Positions 1 through 8,799 of a stretch of 48,107 nt of DNA are shown piece after piece. Source of the DNA: a virus; UHGV virus genome UHGV-0209651. One strand, 5' to 3'. Each line of letters starts with the position of its first letter. Position 1 is the first letter of the stretch. Under the pieces are notes generated by a model that did no database searches, was not told the origin of the DNA, and saw only the letters and a list, made by a program, of their open reading frames with translations. The translations under genes were made by a program, and so were the position numbers.

Positions 1-840
1 ATGTCGTTTTCTCTGAATGTCTCGACAGTGCTATCCGCCATTCAGGGAGGAAGCCTGTTATCCGTCCTTAACAGCGCCCTGTCGCCAACTTACCGGATCA
101 CCTATAACACCGTTGACGAGTCGCTTTTGACGGCTGCAGCCGGGCAGGAGGTTTTCTCTCCTTCCGGCTGGGTTAGCGTTGATCGCTACGGTGATGCGGC
201 AGTGACTAAGGGGCCGGTAGAAAAGGGCCGGTACACGTCCTACAACAAAGTGAAACAGCCGTCTGAACTGAGGATCATTTTTGCCCTTGAGGGATGGACG
301 GCTTTTTCCGGGTCACTGCCTAACCTGACCAATTTCTCTTTGCTGAGCCGGAACAATTTCATTCAGAAACTGGATGAGATGAAAAACACGGCCAGCACCT
401 ACAACATCGAGACGCCGGACACGGTGTATTACAGCTACGATCTGACCCACTTCGATTATTTTGTGGGGTCATATCGCGGGCAGACGTTGTTGATGGCGAA
501 CTGTACTTTCGAGGAGATCATGGACGGCGGGGAGGTCATGCTTTCAAATGCTGTGATTGAAGGGCCGCCGACCAGCAACGCGAAAACCAACAATGGCGCC
601 GCAGCCTCAACGCAGGTGATCACCGGGGCAACGAAAGAGGTGACATTGAGCGATGTTAAGAATGCCTGGTCAAGTGCAGACACAACCTTATCAGACGCTC
701 TACAGACGACCGGGGCTGCGATTGTGTCCAACGTTAACTCGGCAGCCGAGTCGGTCTCTAAGGCGTGGGACAGCTCTTCTACTGCAGTTTCTAAGCAGAT
801 AAAAAGCACCGTCTCCGACTTTCTGGAAAAGGTGATGTGA
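1..840 (+). CDS. phage tail/baseplate-associated protein (possibly Mu gp43-like; function uncertain)
   Basis: 279-aa ORF. Begins 3 nt after the tape-measure stop if the window is circular. First gene of a Mu-like baseplate module. Confidence 0.4.
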   Translation: MSFSLNVSTVLSAIQGGSLLSVLNSALSPTYRITYNTVDESLLTAAAGQEVFSPSGWVSVDRYGDAAVTKGPVEKGRYTSYNKVKQPSELRIIFALEGWTAFSGSLPNLTNFSLLSRNNFIQKLDEMKNTASTYNIETPDTVYYSYDLTHFDYFVGSYRGQTLLMANCTFEEIMDGGEVMLSNAVIEGPPTSNAKTNNGAAASTQVITGATKEVTLSDVKNAWSSADTTLSDALQTTGAAIVSNVNSAAESVSKAWDSSSTAVSKQIKSTVSDFLEKVM

Positions 841-841
841 C

Positions 842-1147
842 ATGCAGGAAATTAGCTTATCACCGTCACTATCTCAAAAGGTCTATGTCACGCTTGGCGG
901 CCAGAACTGCGCGATCAAGTTACATCAGCGTTCAACCGGGTTTTACGCCGATCTGTATGTCGATGACAAGCCGATATTTCAGGGTGTTCTCTGCCTGAAC
1001 TGCGTTTACCTGGTTCGGTATAAATATCTGGGGTTCAGTGGCGATCTGGTTTTCGTTGACTCAAAAGGTACAGCCGATCCTTATTACGACGAAATCGGCA
1101 CCAGATTCAAGCTGTATTATGCGACGAGCAGTGAGGTCGGCAGATGA
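842..1147 (+). CDS. hypothetical tail/baseplate protein
   Basis: 101-aa ORF, translationally coupled to its neighbours inside the tail module. Confidence 0.4.
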   Translation: MQEISLSPSLSQKVYVTLGGQNCAIKLHQRSTGFYADLYVDDKPIFQGVLCLNCVYLVRYKYLGFSGDLVFVDSKGTADPYYDEIGTRFKLYYATSSEVGR

Positions 1148-2013
1148 GTTACAAGGAGAGAGAGCTTACCGTATCGTTCACGCTGGCCAACGGTACGTTT
1201 GACGGCGACATTGGCGACACCTTGACGGTTAAAGGTTTCAAGTGTGAGGCGGCTATATCAGCATTTGGCGGCGCTACCGGCACGATTCTTGAACTTAGCC
1301 TCTGGGGGCTTTCCCTGGAAAACATGTCCAAGCTGACGACCAACGCGCAAAAGATAGTCGCCTATGCGCAGAACTCAATTGTCGTTTACGCAGGCGACAC
1401 TCGTGTTTTTTCCGGGTCAATAACATCTGCCAGGATTAACCTGAACCAGATGCCGGATGCGCCGATTGAGATAACCGCGGCTGCCGCCGGCAGGGAGCGC
1501 CTGATCCCCTGTGAGCCTACATCCATTCGCGGCGATGTGGATGTGGCTGATATGATTCGCGCTCTTGCCTTTAAAGTTGGTCTGAAATTCATCAATGTCG
1601 ACGTCAAAGCGACTCATCGGAATCCGTATTTCGATGACAACGCAATAATCCAAATATTAAAAATTGCGGCAGCGCATGACATATCTGTTGATATAGATTT
1701 TGGCACTGTCACAATTTATACAGGTAAAACACCGTCGGATTCAGTTGTTCCGTTAATTTCGCCAGAGCATGGACTTATTGGGTATCCAATATTTTATGAG
1801 ATGGGGATTAACTTTAGGTGCATTTATTCACCGGCGCTAAAATTGAATACGAAGATCATCCTGAAAACAGACTTGCCACACGCTAGCGGCGAGTGGGTGG
1901 TGCAGGCGGGGACTACCCACTATCTGTCCTGTAAAGTTCCTGGTGGGCTTTGGGAGACGTTTGTTGTGGCATCTCCGGCATCTGTCATCGGAGGGGAAAG
2001 CAATGGCAACTAA
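1144..2013 (+). CDS. baseplate hub protein (late control gene D / Mu gp44-like)
   Basis: 289-aa ORF lying between the tape-measure/circulation-like gene and the spike gene, overlapping both. Confidence 0.45.
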   Translation: MSYKERELTVSFTLANGTFDGDIGDTLTVKGFKCEAAISAFGGATGTILELSLWGLSLENMSKLTTNAQKIVAYAQNSIVVYAGDTRVFSGSITSARINLNQMPDAPIEITAAAAGRERLIPCEPTSIRGDVDVADMIRALAFKVGLKFINVDVKATHRNPYFDDNAIIQILKIAAAHDISVDIDFGTVTIYTGKTPSDSVVPLISPEHGLIGYPIFYEMGINFRCIYSPALKLNTKIILKTDLPHASGEWVVQAGTTHYLSCKVPGGLWETFVVASPASVIGGESNGN

Positions 2014-2593
2014 CCAAAAAGCTTCTGATATCTCCTGTCAGGGTAACGCGATCTTGTCCCTTATAGCCACGGCATCAAAGGGAAATGTTTTTGCTGATAT
2101 TGTTCTGGTTAAAGATGTTGGTGATGGCGTTATGACTGTGCTACCTCTTGTGAGCGGCGCGAACGTTTCCGGGGGGGAGATTAAATGTCAGGAGGTGTAT
2201 GACATTCCCTTCATTCGGTATCAGGCCGGGAACAGCGCGGTAAAAATGACGCCCCGCATTGGCGATATTGGTCTGGTAATCGCCTGTGACAAAGACACAA
2301 CCAATGTCAGAGCGTCAAGGCAAAGCGGGCCACCGCCAACTCAGCGTCGCCACTCATACTCGGATGCTGTTTACATCACTGCTATCGCTAGTTTGAACGA
2401 TGAACCCACGGAGTTCGCTGAGTTTACAGGCGGCGGAATAAACATACAGAGCCCTGGTGTGGTTAACATCAACGGACTGAAAGTCCATTCAAACGGGCAG
2501 CTTGAGCTTGTCGACGGTTCTATCGTTGATGGGCATACTCATGGTGGGGTAGTATCAGGAGGAAGCCGAACCGATCCCCTGGCACCGGCATAA
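2003..2593 (+). CDS. baseplate spike protein (gpV / Mu gp45-like)
   Basis: ATG at 2003 with GGAGG 8 nt upstream. The N-terminal OB-fold-like region resembles gpV spikes (from memory). The track ORF starts upstream at 1943 and overlaps the previous gene. Confidence 0.55.
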   Translation: MATNQKASDISCQGNAILSLIATASKGNVFADIVLVKDVGDGVMTVLPLVSGANVSGGEIKCQEVYDIPFIRYQAGNSAVKMTPRIGDIGLVIACDKDTTNVRASRQSGPPPTQRRHSYSDAVYITAIASLNDEPTEFAEFTGGGINIQSPGVVNINGLKVHSNGQLELVDGSIVDGHTHGGVVSGGSRTDPLAPA

Positions 2594-2604
2594 AGGGAAT
2601 AAAA

Positions 2605-2985
2605 ATGTCGTTCTTAGTCATAGCTGCTCTACTTGGATTAATTCCTGCCTTTATCGCTCAAAGTAAGGGTAGGTCATTCGGCGCGTGGTGGTTGTATGGA
2701 TTCCTTCTTTTTATCGTTGCCATTATTCATGTTCTTTTCGTTACGCCACGCAATACAGTAGGTACCGTTGCCAGTGACTCAACCGGCCCTATGCGAGATT
2801 GCCCATATTGTGCAGAGCCAGTGAAGTATCAGGCCACAAAATGCAAGCATTGTGGTAGTGAGATAGAGTCTATGCCGATCCCTGAGCCAAAATATAATGG
2901 AACCCAGATAGCCTGGAGCAGAATTGCAATTTTGATTGGAGGCATTGTGTTGCTGGCTATCATTTCAGGAATCATAGGCAAATAA
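2605..2985 (+). CDS. membrane protein with CxxC...CxxC zinc-ribbon; moron in the baseplate module
   Basis: 126 aa with hydrophobic helices at the N-terminus, middle and C-terminus and a CPYC...CKHC motif. Followed by a strong terminator. Confidence 0.5.
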   Translation: MSFLVIAALLGLIPAFIAQSKGRSFGAWWLYGFLLFIVAIIHVLFVTPRNTVGTVASDSTGPMRDCPYCAEPVKYQATKCKHCGSEIESMPIPEPKYNGTQIAWSRIAILIGGIVLLAIISGIIGK

Positions 2986-3011
2986 ACCCGCTAAAAACTC
3001 AAAAATAAAAA

Positions 3012-3037
3012 CCTCGCTTCGGCGGGGTTTTTTTATG
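3012..3037 (+). terminator. rho-independent terminator
   Basis: Hairpin cctcgc-ttcg-gcgggg followed by a T7 run. Confidence 0.8.
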
Positions 3038-3047
3038 GGCGAAATCC

Positions 3048-3404
3048 ATGAAAACAATATCTCTCAAACTTGACCCCGATACCTGGGATCTTGTCCTTGA
3101 TGAGCTGGGTAATATCGCCACGGTTGAAAATCCCTACGCCTGCGCTCAGGACGTAGCGACGGCATGCCTGGCCATACGCGGCGAGTGCATTTACGAAAAA
3201 GACACCGGCGTTAATTACAAAGAGCTTCTGAACGTTAAGGCCAGCACCGGCGCCATGGCGGCCGCGCTTCAGGTTGAAGCGTTGCGGATGAGCTATATCG
3301 CGCGCGCTGAGCCGACGCTGATTAACAACCGCGATACGCGCCGCACTACCGGCGTTATTGCGATCGTGGATACAAACGGCCTGGATTCCAGCGTCACCCT
3401 GTGA
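3048..3404 (+). CDS. baseplate protein, Mu gp46-like
   Basis: 118 aa, at the position expected for gp46 (immediately before the baseplate-J gene). Confidence 0.6.
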   Translation: MKTISLKLDPDTWDLVLDELGNIATVENPYACAQDVATACLAIRGECIYEKDTGVNYKELLNVKASTGAMAAALQVEALRMSYIARAEPTLINNRDTRRTTGVIAIVDTNGLDSSVTL

Positions 3405-3411
3405 GGAAAAA

Positions 3412-4644
3412 ATGACGACAATCTCTACGGCGGTACCGGCCGTGACATTTTCCACCACTGGCCTTGATGTTCCAGATGAGGGAGACATTCTTGCCGGGCG
3501 TATAGCGGATATTGGTTCTGCATTCGGGACGGCGATGAGCACGAACCTCAAGACGCCGCAGGGGCAACTGGCTGTCACTGATACTGCAATCATCGCAGAC
3601 AAGAATGATCAGCTTCTGGCTATCGTCAACAACATGAACCCGGACTTTTCCTCCGGCAGATTTCAGGATGGCATCGGCAGGATTTACTTCCTCGATCGCA
3701 TTGCTGCTGCGGGTACGGTTGTAACAGCCACATGTTCCGGCGTGCCGGGAACGGTTATTCCGGCACAGTCTTATGCAACCGACGATAACGGTTATATGTA
3801 CGTGTCCCTGGCGGCCGGAACGATAGGCGCAGACGGGACGGTAAAAATTGAGTTCCAGAACCTGACTACCGGGCCGATAGCTTGCCCCATCGGCACGCTT
3901 ACAAACATCTATGTCGCGGTAAGTGGCTGGTCGAGTATCACCAACGAGACCGCGGGTGTACCGGGCTCGAATGTTGAAGGGCGATCTGCATTTGAGTATC
4001 GCCGTCGCCAGTCAGTGGCACGTAACGCCTTCAACACGGCAGCGGCTGTGCGGGCTGCTGTCCTGGAAGTCGACGGGGTGCTTGATGTTTATGTGATCGA
4101 CAACAAAGAGCCCACTTCCGTCGAAAAAGGTTCCACGAATTACACGCTGCTGGCCAGCTCGATTTATATCGGGGTTTATGGCGGGGCAGTGGCAGACATT
4201 GCAGCGGCCATCAATAAAAAACTTCCCCCGGGCACCGTTATGAACGGTGACACCACCGGAACCGTGCAGGATACCGAAAATTATGACGCCCCTTATCCGG
4301 AGTACACCTACAGGTGGAAAACGCTGGATGCGGTGAGCGTTCATATCAAGGTGGAATACGAAGCGAATGATGGCCTTCCCTCAGATATCAACGCGCAGAT
4401 CAGAACGGTCGTCCTGAATGCCTTTACCGGCGCAGATGGCGGTACCCGGGCGCGTGCCGGCGCGCGAATTTATGGCAGCCGGTATATCGGCCCTATCCAG
4501 GCGCTCGATGCACAGAACATGAACGTTCTTTCGGTCCAGATATCCCTGGACGGAACAACCTGGTCTAGTGCGCTGACTATGGGGATTGATCAGGAACCGA
4601 CTCTCGATGCGACAAACATCATAACGGAGGCGGTAAGTGAATAA
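3412..4644 (+). CDS. baseplate J-like protein (Mu gp47-like)
   Basis: ATG at 3412 with a GAGGAAAAA RBS. About 410 aa, at the baseplate-J position. Confidence 0.7.
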   Translation: MTTISTAVPAVTFSTTGLDVPDEGDILAGRIADIGSAFGTAMSTNLKTPQGQLAVTDTAIIADKNDQLLAIVNNMNPDFSSGRFQDGIGRIYFLDRIAAAGTVVTATCSGVPGTVIPAQSYATDDNGYMYVSLAAGTIGADGTVKIEFQNLTTGPIACPIGTLTNIYVAVSGWSSITNETAGVPGSNVEGRSAFEYRRRQSVARNAFNTAAAVRAAVLEVDGVLDVYVIDNKEPTSVEKGSTNYTLLASSIYIGVYGGAVADIAAAINKKLPPGTVMNGDTTGTVQDTENYDAPYPEYTYRWKTLDAVSVHIKVEYEANDGLPSDINAQIRTVVLNAFTGADGGTRARAGARIYGSRYIGPIQALDAQNMNVLSVQISLDGTTWSSALTMGIDQEPTLDATNIITEAVSE

Positions 4645-5224
4645 TGTCGACTGGACGATCTACGCGCAGTACGTGAACTCAACCAGCCTGCGGTCACTGA
4701 TTGATACCTTTAACGCTTCCGTAGCGCCAGAGGACTGGATAGACACGTTCTATGACCTCGTATTCAACATCGAGACCTGTGGAGATTACGGGCTGATGTG
4801 CTGGGGTAAAATCGTTGATGTAGAGCGTTTGCTGACTGTGACGCCATCCCAGCAGTTTCTGGGGTTTGGCGAAGCGACCAGCACCCCGGCAGAACTCACC
4901 GACCCGCAACCCTTTAACCAGGCGCCTTTCTATACCGGCGTGCAGGACACGAACACTGTGGTCCTGACCAATGATGCATACCGCAAGCTGATCATGTGCA
5001 AAGCGATGGCGAACATCAGCGACTGCACCGTTCCGGTCATGAATCGCATGCTGATGTACATGTTCGGCGCCAGCGGGCGGGCTTACGTGCGTGACGATGG
5101 CAACCATGTCATGAGCTACGTATTCGAATTCCAGCTTTCCGATTCTGAGCTGGCCATAGTGCAAAGCTCCGGCGCGCTTCCTTCCCCTCCCGGGGTAAAA
5201 GTTAACATCGTTCAGGAGGTCTGA
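4637..5224 (+). CDS. tail protein, Mu gp48-like (DUF2313-type)
   Basis: 195 aa, overlapping the J gene. Precedes the fibre gene as in Mu-like tails. Confidence 0.6.
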   Translation: MNNVDWTIYAQYVNSTSLRSLIDTFNASVAPEDWIDTFYDLVFNIETCGDYGLMCWGKIVDVERLLTVTPSQQFLGFGEATSTPAELTDPQPFNQAPFYTGVQDTNTVVLTNDAYRKLIMCKAMANISDCTVPVMNRMLMYMFGASGRAYVRDDGNHVMSYVFEFQLSDSELAIVQSSGALPSPPGVKVNIVQEV

Positions 5225-5225
5225 A

Positions 5226-6395
5226 TTGAATAATTCAGCTATACCGTCACGTCTTACGGTTGTCTTTTCTGTGGGCGGCGATAAAAACACGATCCCGGTC
5301 AATTCCACTTCTGAAACGCTGGCTAATGGCCTGGCGGCGATGGATTCCGGATTTCCCCCTCTGACTCGGAAAGCACTTTCTGCCGGCGGTAAGCCACCAA
5401 GAGGGGAGGATTTTAATGGTATCTACAACGACATCTACACTCGCCTGCAGTGGGGTAGCGCGGGAATGGGATTTCCATTCAGCGCAGATTTTAGCGAGGC
5501 TATTGCGGGCTATCCAAAAGGTGCGCTTATTCCGAACTCTGATTATACGGGCCAATGGTTAAATCTTAACAATGGCAACCGCTCCTCCCCCGAATCCACT
5601 TCGGGCGCTAATACCGGGTGGGTTCCTGTGGGGGGATATGGAATTTCTACTATTTCGTCTCTGTCAAATTCCAGTGTTACGCTATCTTCGGCGCAGGCAT
5701 CAAAGGACCGCCTGATTCTTACCGGTTCGCTGACAGGGAATATCAATATGATTTTCCCCGCTTGGATGAAGTCATGGACTATTGAAAACCGCTGCTCTGG
5801 AAATTTCTCTGTCACATGCAAAACAGCATCCGGAAGCGGCATTGCCGTTCCGTCCGGTCGAGTTGAAAAACTGTATTGTGATGGCGTGAGTATCCTGCGC
5901 GATTTCGGCACGGCAGCAATGAGGAATGTTGGCACCGCGACGTCGCGAGATGTTCCTGACATGAGTAATTTCCCACGAGATGATAATCCTGAGTCTGGCT
6001 ATTTTTACCTGCCAAATGGACACCTATCGCAGTACGGAACTGTCAATTTACCCGCAGTAGGCACATTTAACCCGGCGTCGTTCGGTGGTGTTACTTATTA
6101 CACCAGGTACTACATTGTCGATTTCCCTGTGGCATACCCAAATGCGCAGATATCAACCGTCGTTAGCCTGGCCGGTAAGACTTTTGACTCACAGTCAAAT
6201 GAGTTCGGTTCATGGGCAAACAGCAACCGAACCTTAAATTCAGGGCAGCCAGTTTCCAAAAATCAGTTTGTTGGTAAGCGTGCAGCGAGAACCGTATTGA
6301 CGGGGATGTGTTATTCAGTTGGCAGTGCTACGCGCCAGGGGAGTAGTTCGCTGACCCGGTTTATCGGCCAGTCAGCAATGACGTCAAGGACATAA
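5226..6395 (+). CDS. tail fibre protein whose 3' end is interrupted by IS66
   Basis: TTG start 7 nt after GGAGG. The native reading frame is 5226-6273 plus 8736-8798, ending ...NQFVVSVTSNNPNLVPVIHYKSEGY*. In the window the last 21 native codons are replaced by 40 IS-encoded codons. Confidence 0.6.
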   Translation: MNNSAIPSRLTVVFSVGGDKNTIPVNSTSETLANGLAAMDSGFPPLTRKALSAGGKPPRGEDFNGIYNDIYTRLQWGSAGMGFPFSADFSEAIAGYPKGALIPNSDYTGQWLNLNNGNRSSPESTSGANTGWVPVGGYGISTISSLSNSSVTLSSAQASKDRLILTGSLTGNINMIFPAWMKSWTIENRCSGNFSVTCKTASGSGIAVPSGRVEKLYCDGVSILRDFGTAAMRNVGTATSRDVPDMSNFPRDDNPESGYFYLPNGHLSQYGTVNLPAVGTFNPASFGGVTYYTRYYIVDFPVAYPNAQISTVVSLAGKTFDSQSNEFGSWANSNRTLNSGQPVSKNQFVGKRAARTVLTGMCYSVGSATRQGSSSLTRFIGQSAMTSRT

Positions 6396-7849
6396 CGGAG
6401 GTAGCTTTCTGGCTCCACGCCGTTCAGTTTGCATGTCCCGATCAGGCTGTACAGCAGCGCTCCCCGCTCTCCTCCATGATCCGAACCGAAGAACAGGTAG
6501 TTTTTGCGGCCCAGGCTGACCATCCGTAGCGCATTCTCAGCTATGTTGTTATCTGCCTCGGCCCAGCCGTCGTCAGTATAGTAAGCCAGCGCCGGCCACT
6601 GGTTCAGTACGTACGTGAACGCTTTCGCCAGTTCTGAGTGTCGCGACAGCGTTTTCACCTTTTCACGCAGCCAGCTTTCCAGGGATTTCAGCCGCGGTTT
6701 AGCTTTTTGCTGACGTTCTGCAAGGCGTCGCTTCGCCGGCATCCCCCTTATTTCCGCCTCGATGGCATATAACTCACCGATCCGTTTCAGGGCTTCCTCC
6801 GTCAGCGCTGACGGGGTGCGAACGTGCACATCGTGGATCTTGCGGCGGGCATGAGCCCAGCAGGCAGCTTCCGTTATCTGTCCATTGCGGTACAGTTCGT
6901 TGAACCCGGCGTACGCATCCGCCTGCAGCACTCCGCTGAACCCCGCAAGATGGGTCTGCGGGTGGATACCTTTTCTGTCCGGGCTGTAAGCGAACCACAC
7001 TGCCGGCGCCAGCTCTGACCCGGCGTTACGGTCGTCACGAACGTACGTCCACAACCGCCCGGTCTTCGTTTTCTTATTACCTGGCAACAGCACCGGGACA
7101 GGCGTGTCATCAGCATGGAGCTTACCGTCAGTCAGCACATAGTCCTGAAGCGCCCCTTCCAGCGGTGACAGTAGCCGGCAACACGCATCCACCCAGCCCG
7201 ACAGCAGTGAGCGGCTCAGCTCCACACCCTGGCGGCCGTATATTTCAGACTGGCGGTACAGCGGGGTGTGCTCTGCATACTTTGAACTCAGCACGCGGGC
7301 CAGCAGCCCCGGTCCTGCGATACCCCGCTCGATGGGCCGTGAAGGCGCGGGGGCCTGCACGATGGCATCGCACTGAGTACAGGCATGCTTTTCACGTACT
7401 GTCCGGATAACCCGGAAGGCGCTGCGCATCAGCTCCAGCTGTTCGGCGGCATCTTCACCCAGGTAACTCAGCGCACCACCACATTCCGGGCAGCATGACG
7501 CTGCCGGCAGCAGCCGTTTTTCGTCACGGGGAAGTGATTCAGGGAACGGTTTGCGGGTACGGGTCTGCCGCAGCGGGCGCTGCACGGCCGGGTCATCCAC
7601 CCGGCCGGTAAGGGTATCGCTTTCTTTCTGCAACTGCTTAAGGTCGGCTTCCATCTTCGCGATACGGCGGGAGACTTTTTCGGAGCGGCTGCCGAAGTTC
7701 ATCCGGCGCAGCTTATCCAGTTGCGCCTGCAGGTGATCTATTTCGCGTTCACGCTCGTTCAGCTTTTCCAGAAGGGCACGGTTCAGCGCCTCCTGTTCGG
7801 CAAGGAGACGTTTCAGTTCATCGATATCGTCAGGAAGTAAGCTGTTCAT
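6311..7849 (-). CDS. IS66-family transposase
   Basis: 512 aa. Coiled-coil N-terminus, a CCPECGG zinc motif and a DDE-type core typical of IS66 transposases. Confidence 0.9.
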   Translation of the reverse strand: MNSLLPDDIDELKRLLAEQEALNRALLEKLNEREREIDHLQAQLDKLRRMNFGSRSEKVSRRIAKMEADLKQLQKESDTLTGRVDDPAVQRPLRQTRTRKPFPESLPRDEKRLLPAASCCPECGGALSYLGEDAAEQLELMRSAFRVIRTVREKHACTQCDAIVQAPAPSRPIERGIAGPGLLARVLSSKYAEHTPLYRQSEIYGRQGVELSRSLLSGWVDACCRLLSPLEGALQDYVLTDGKLHADDTPVPVLLPGNKKTKTGRLWTYVRDDRNAGSELAPAVWFAYSPDRKGIHPQTHLAGFSGVLQADAYAGFNELYRNGQITEAACWAHARRKIHDVHVRTPSALTEEALKRIGELYAIEAEIRGMPAKRRLAERQQKAKPRLKSLESWLREKVKTLSRHSELAKAFTYVLNQWPALAYYTDDGWAEADNNIAENALRMVSLGRKNYLFFGSDHGGERGALLYSLIGTCKLNGVEPESYLRYVLDVIADWPINRVSELLPWRVALPTE

Positions 7850-7897
7850 ACCGGGTATATTACCAGGCTCATTCAGCGTCGACCAGGATAAAGAGGC

Positions 7898-8245
7898 CTA
7901 CAACATAGTCAGTGACGTAAGCAGTCTTTTAGGCTGCCGCCAGTCGATACCTTCAAGGAGCATCGCCAGCTGTGCCGGTGTGAGGAACACTTTGCCATCC
8001 CGGGCTGACGGCCAGGCGAAGCGGCCGCGCTCCAGCCGTTTGGTCAGCAGACACAGTCCATCGCCGGTAGACCAGAGGAGCTTTACCTGACTGCCATTAC
8101 GCCCACGGAAGATAAAAACGTGACCTGACATCGGATCGTCTTTCAGCGTCGTCTGCACCTTTGCCGCCAGGCCGTTGAAGCCGTTTCTCATATCGGTGAT
8201 GCCAGCGACCAGCCAGATCTTTGTCCCTGATGGTAATGGGATCAA
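7898..8245 (-). CDS. IS66 Orf2 (TnpB-like accessory protein)
   Basis: 115 aa with conserved IS66 orf2 motifs (IWLVAGITDMRNGFNGLA...). Confidence 0.85.
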   Translation of the reverse strand: MIPLPSGTKIWLVAGITDMRNGFNGLAAKVQTTLKDDPMSGHVFIFRGRNGSQVKLLWSTGDGLCLLTKRLERGRFAWPSARDGKVFLTPAQLAMLLEGIDWRQPKRLLTSLTML

Positions 8246-8646
8246 CGTTTGAGCTCCCGTATCAGCAGGTTCAGGATATTTTCGCTGATGGCACCATTCA
8301 GACGGAGTGATCCGTGCCGGAACGTCACTTCACAGCTGATATTGAGTGATTCAGGTGCCGCAGCAGCTACAGGTTGTGACCGGGGGGAGGTTGCAGGAAC
8401 AACATCTTCGGCATCAAGTGTTATCGGGAGCAGCTCAGGCACGTTGTTTTCTGTTGTTGAAGGAGGACGTAGTTTTCCTTCGCGCCAGTACTGGCGCCAC
8501 TTGAACAGCAAATTATCGTTGATCCCATGCTCACGAGCGAGTTGCGCTACGGAGATCTCTGGTCGATGCGAGAGTTCAACCATTTTGATTTTGAACTCAA
8601 CGGGATAATTAGGGCTTTTTTTACGCACTACGGTTAATGATTTCAT
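8242..8646 (-). CDS. IS66 Orf1 (HTH accessory protein)
   Basis: 134 aa with an N-terminal HTH. Overlaps orf2 by 4 nt. Confidence 0.8.
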   Translation of the reverse strand: MKSLTVVRKKSPNYPVEFKIKMVELSHRPEISVAQLAREHGINDNLLFKWRQYWREGKLRPPSTTENNVPELLPITLDAEDVVPATSPRSQPVAAAAPESLNISCEVTFRHGSLRLNGAISENILNLLIRELKR

Positions 8647-8799
8647 GGATAGCGTCCACCATATTTGGTGTCCACTATCCTCTCAGGAATATCAGGATCT
8701 GCCAGACGGTGCTGAGACGACGCTTACGTTTGTTGTATCCGTCACTTCAAACAACCCGAATCTTGTCCCTGTTATCCACTACAAATCAGAAGGCTACTA

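Larger units (their letters stand above)
6274..8727 (-). mobile_element. IS66-family insertion sequence (2454 bp)
   Basis: Imperfect terminal inverted repeats begin GTAAGCGT at both ends. An 8-bp direct target duplication GTTTGTTG lies at 6266-6273 and 8728-8735. Three ORFs in the order orf1, orf2, transposase are transcribed on the minus strand. Confidence 0.9.
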
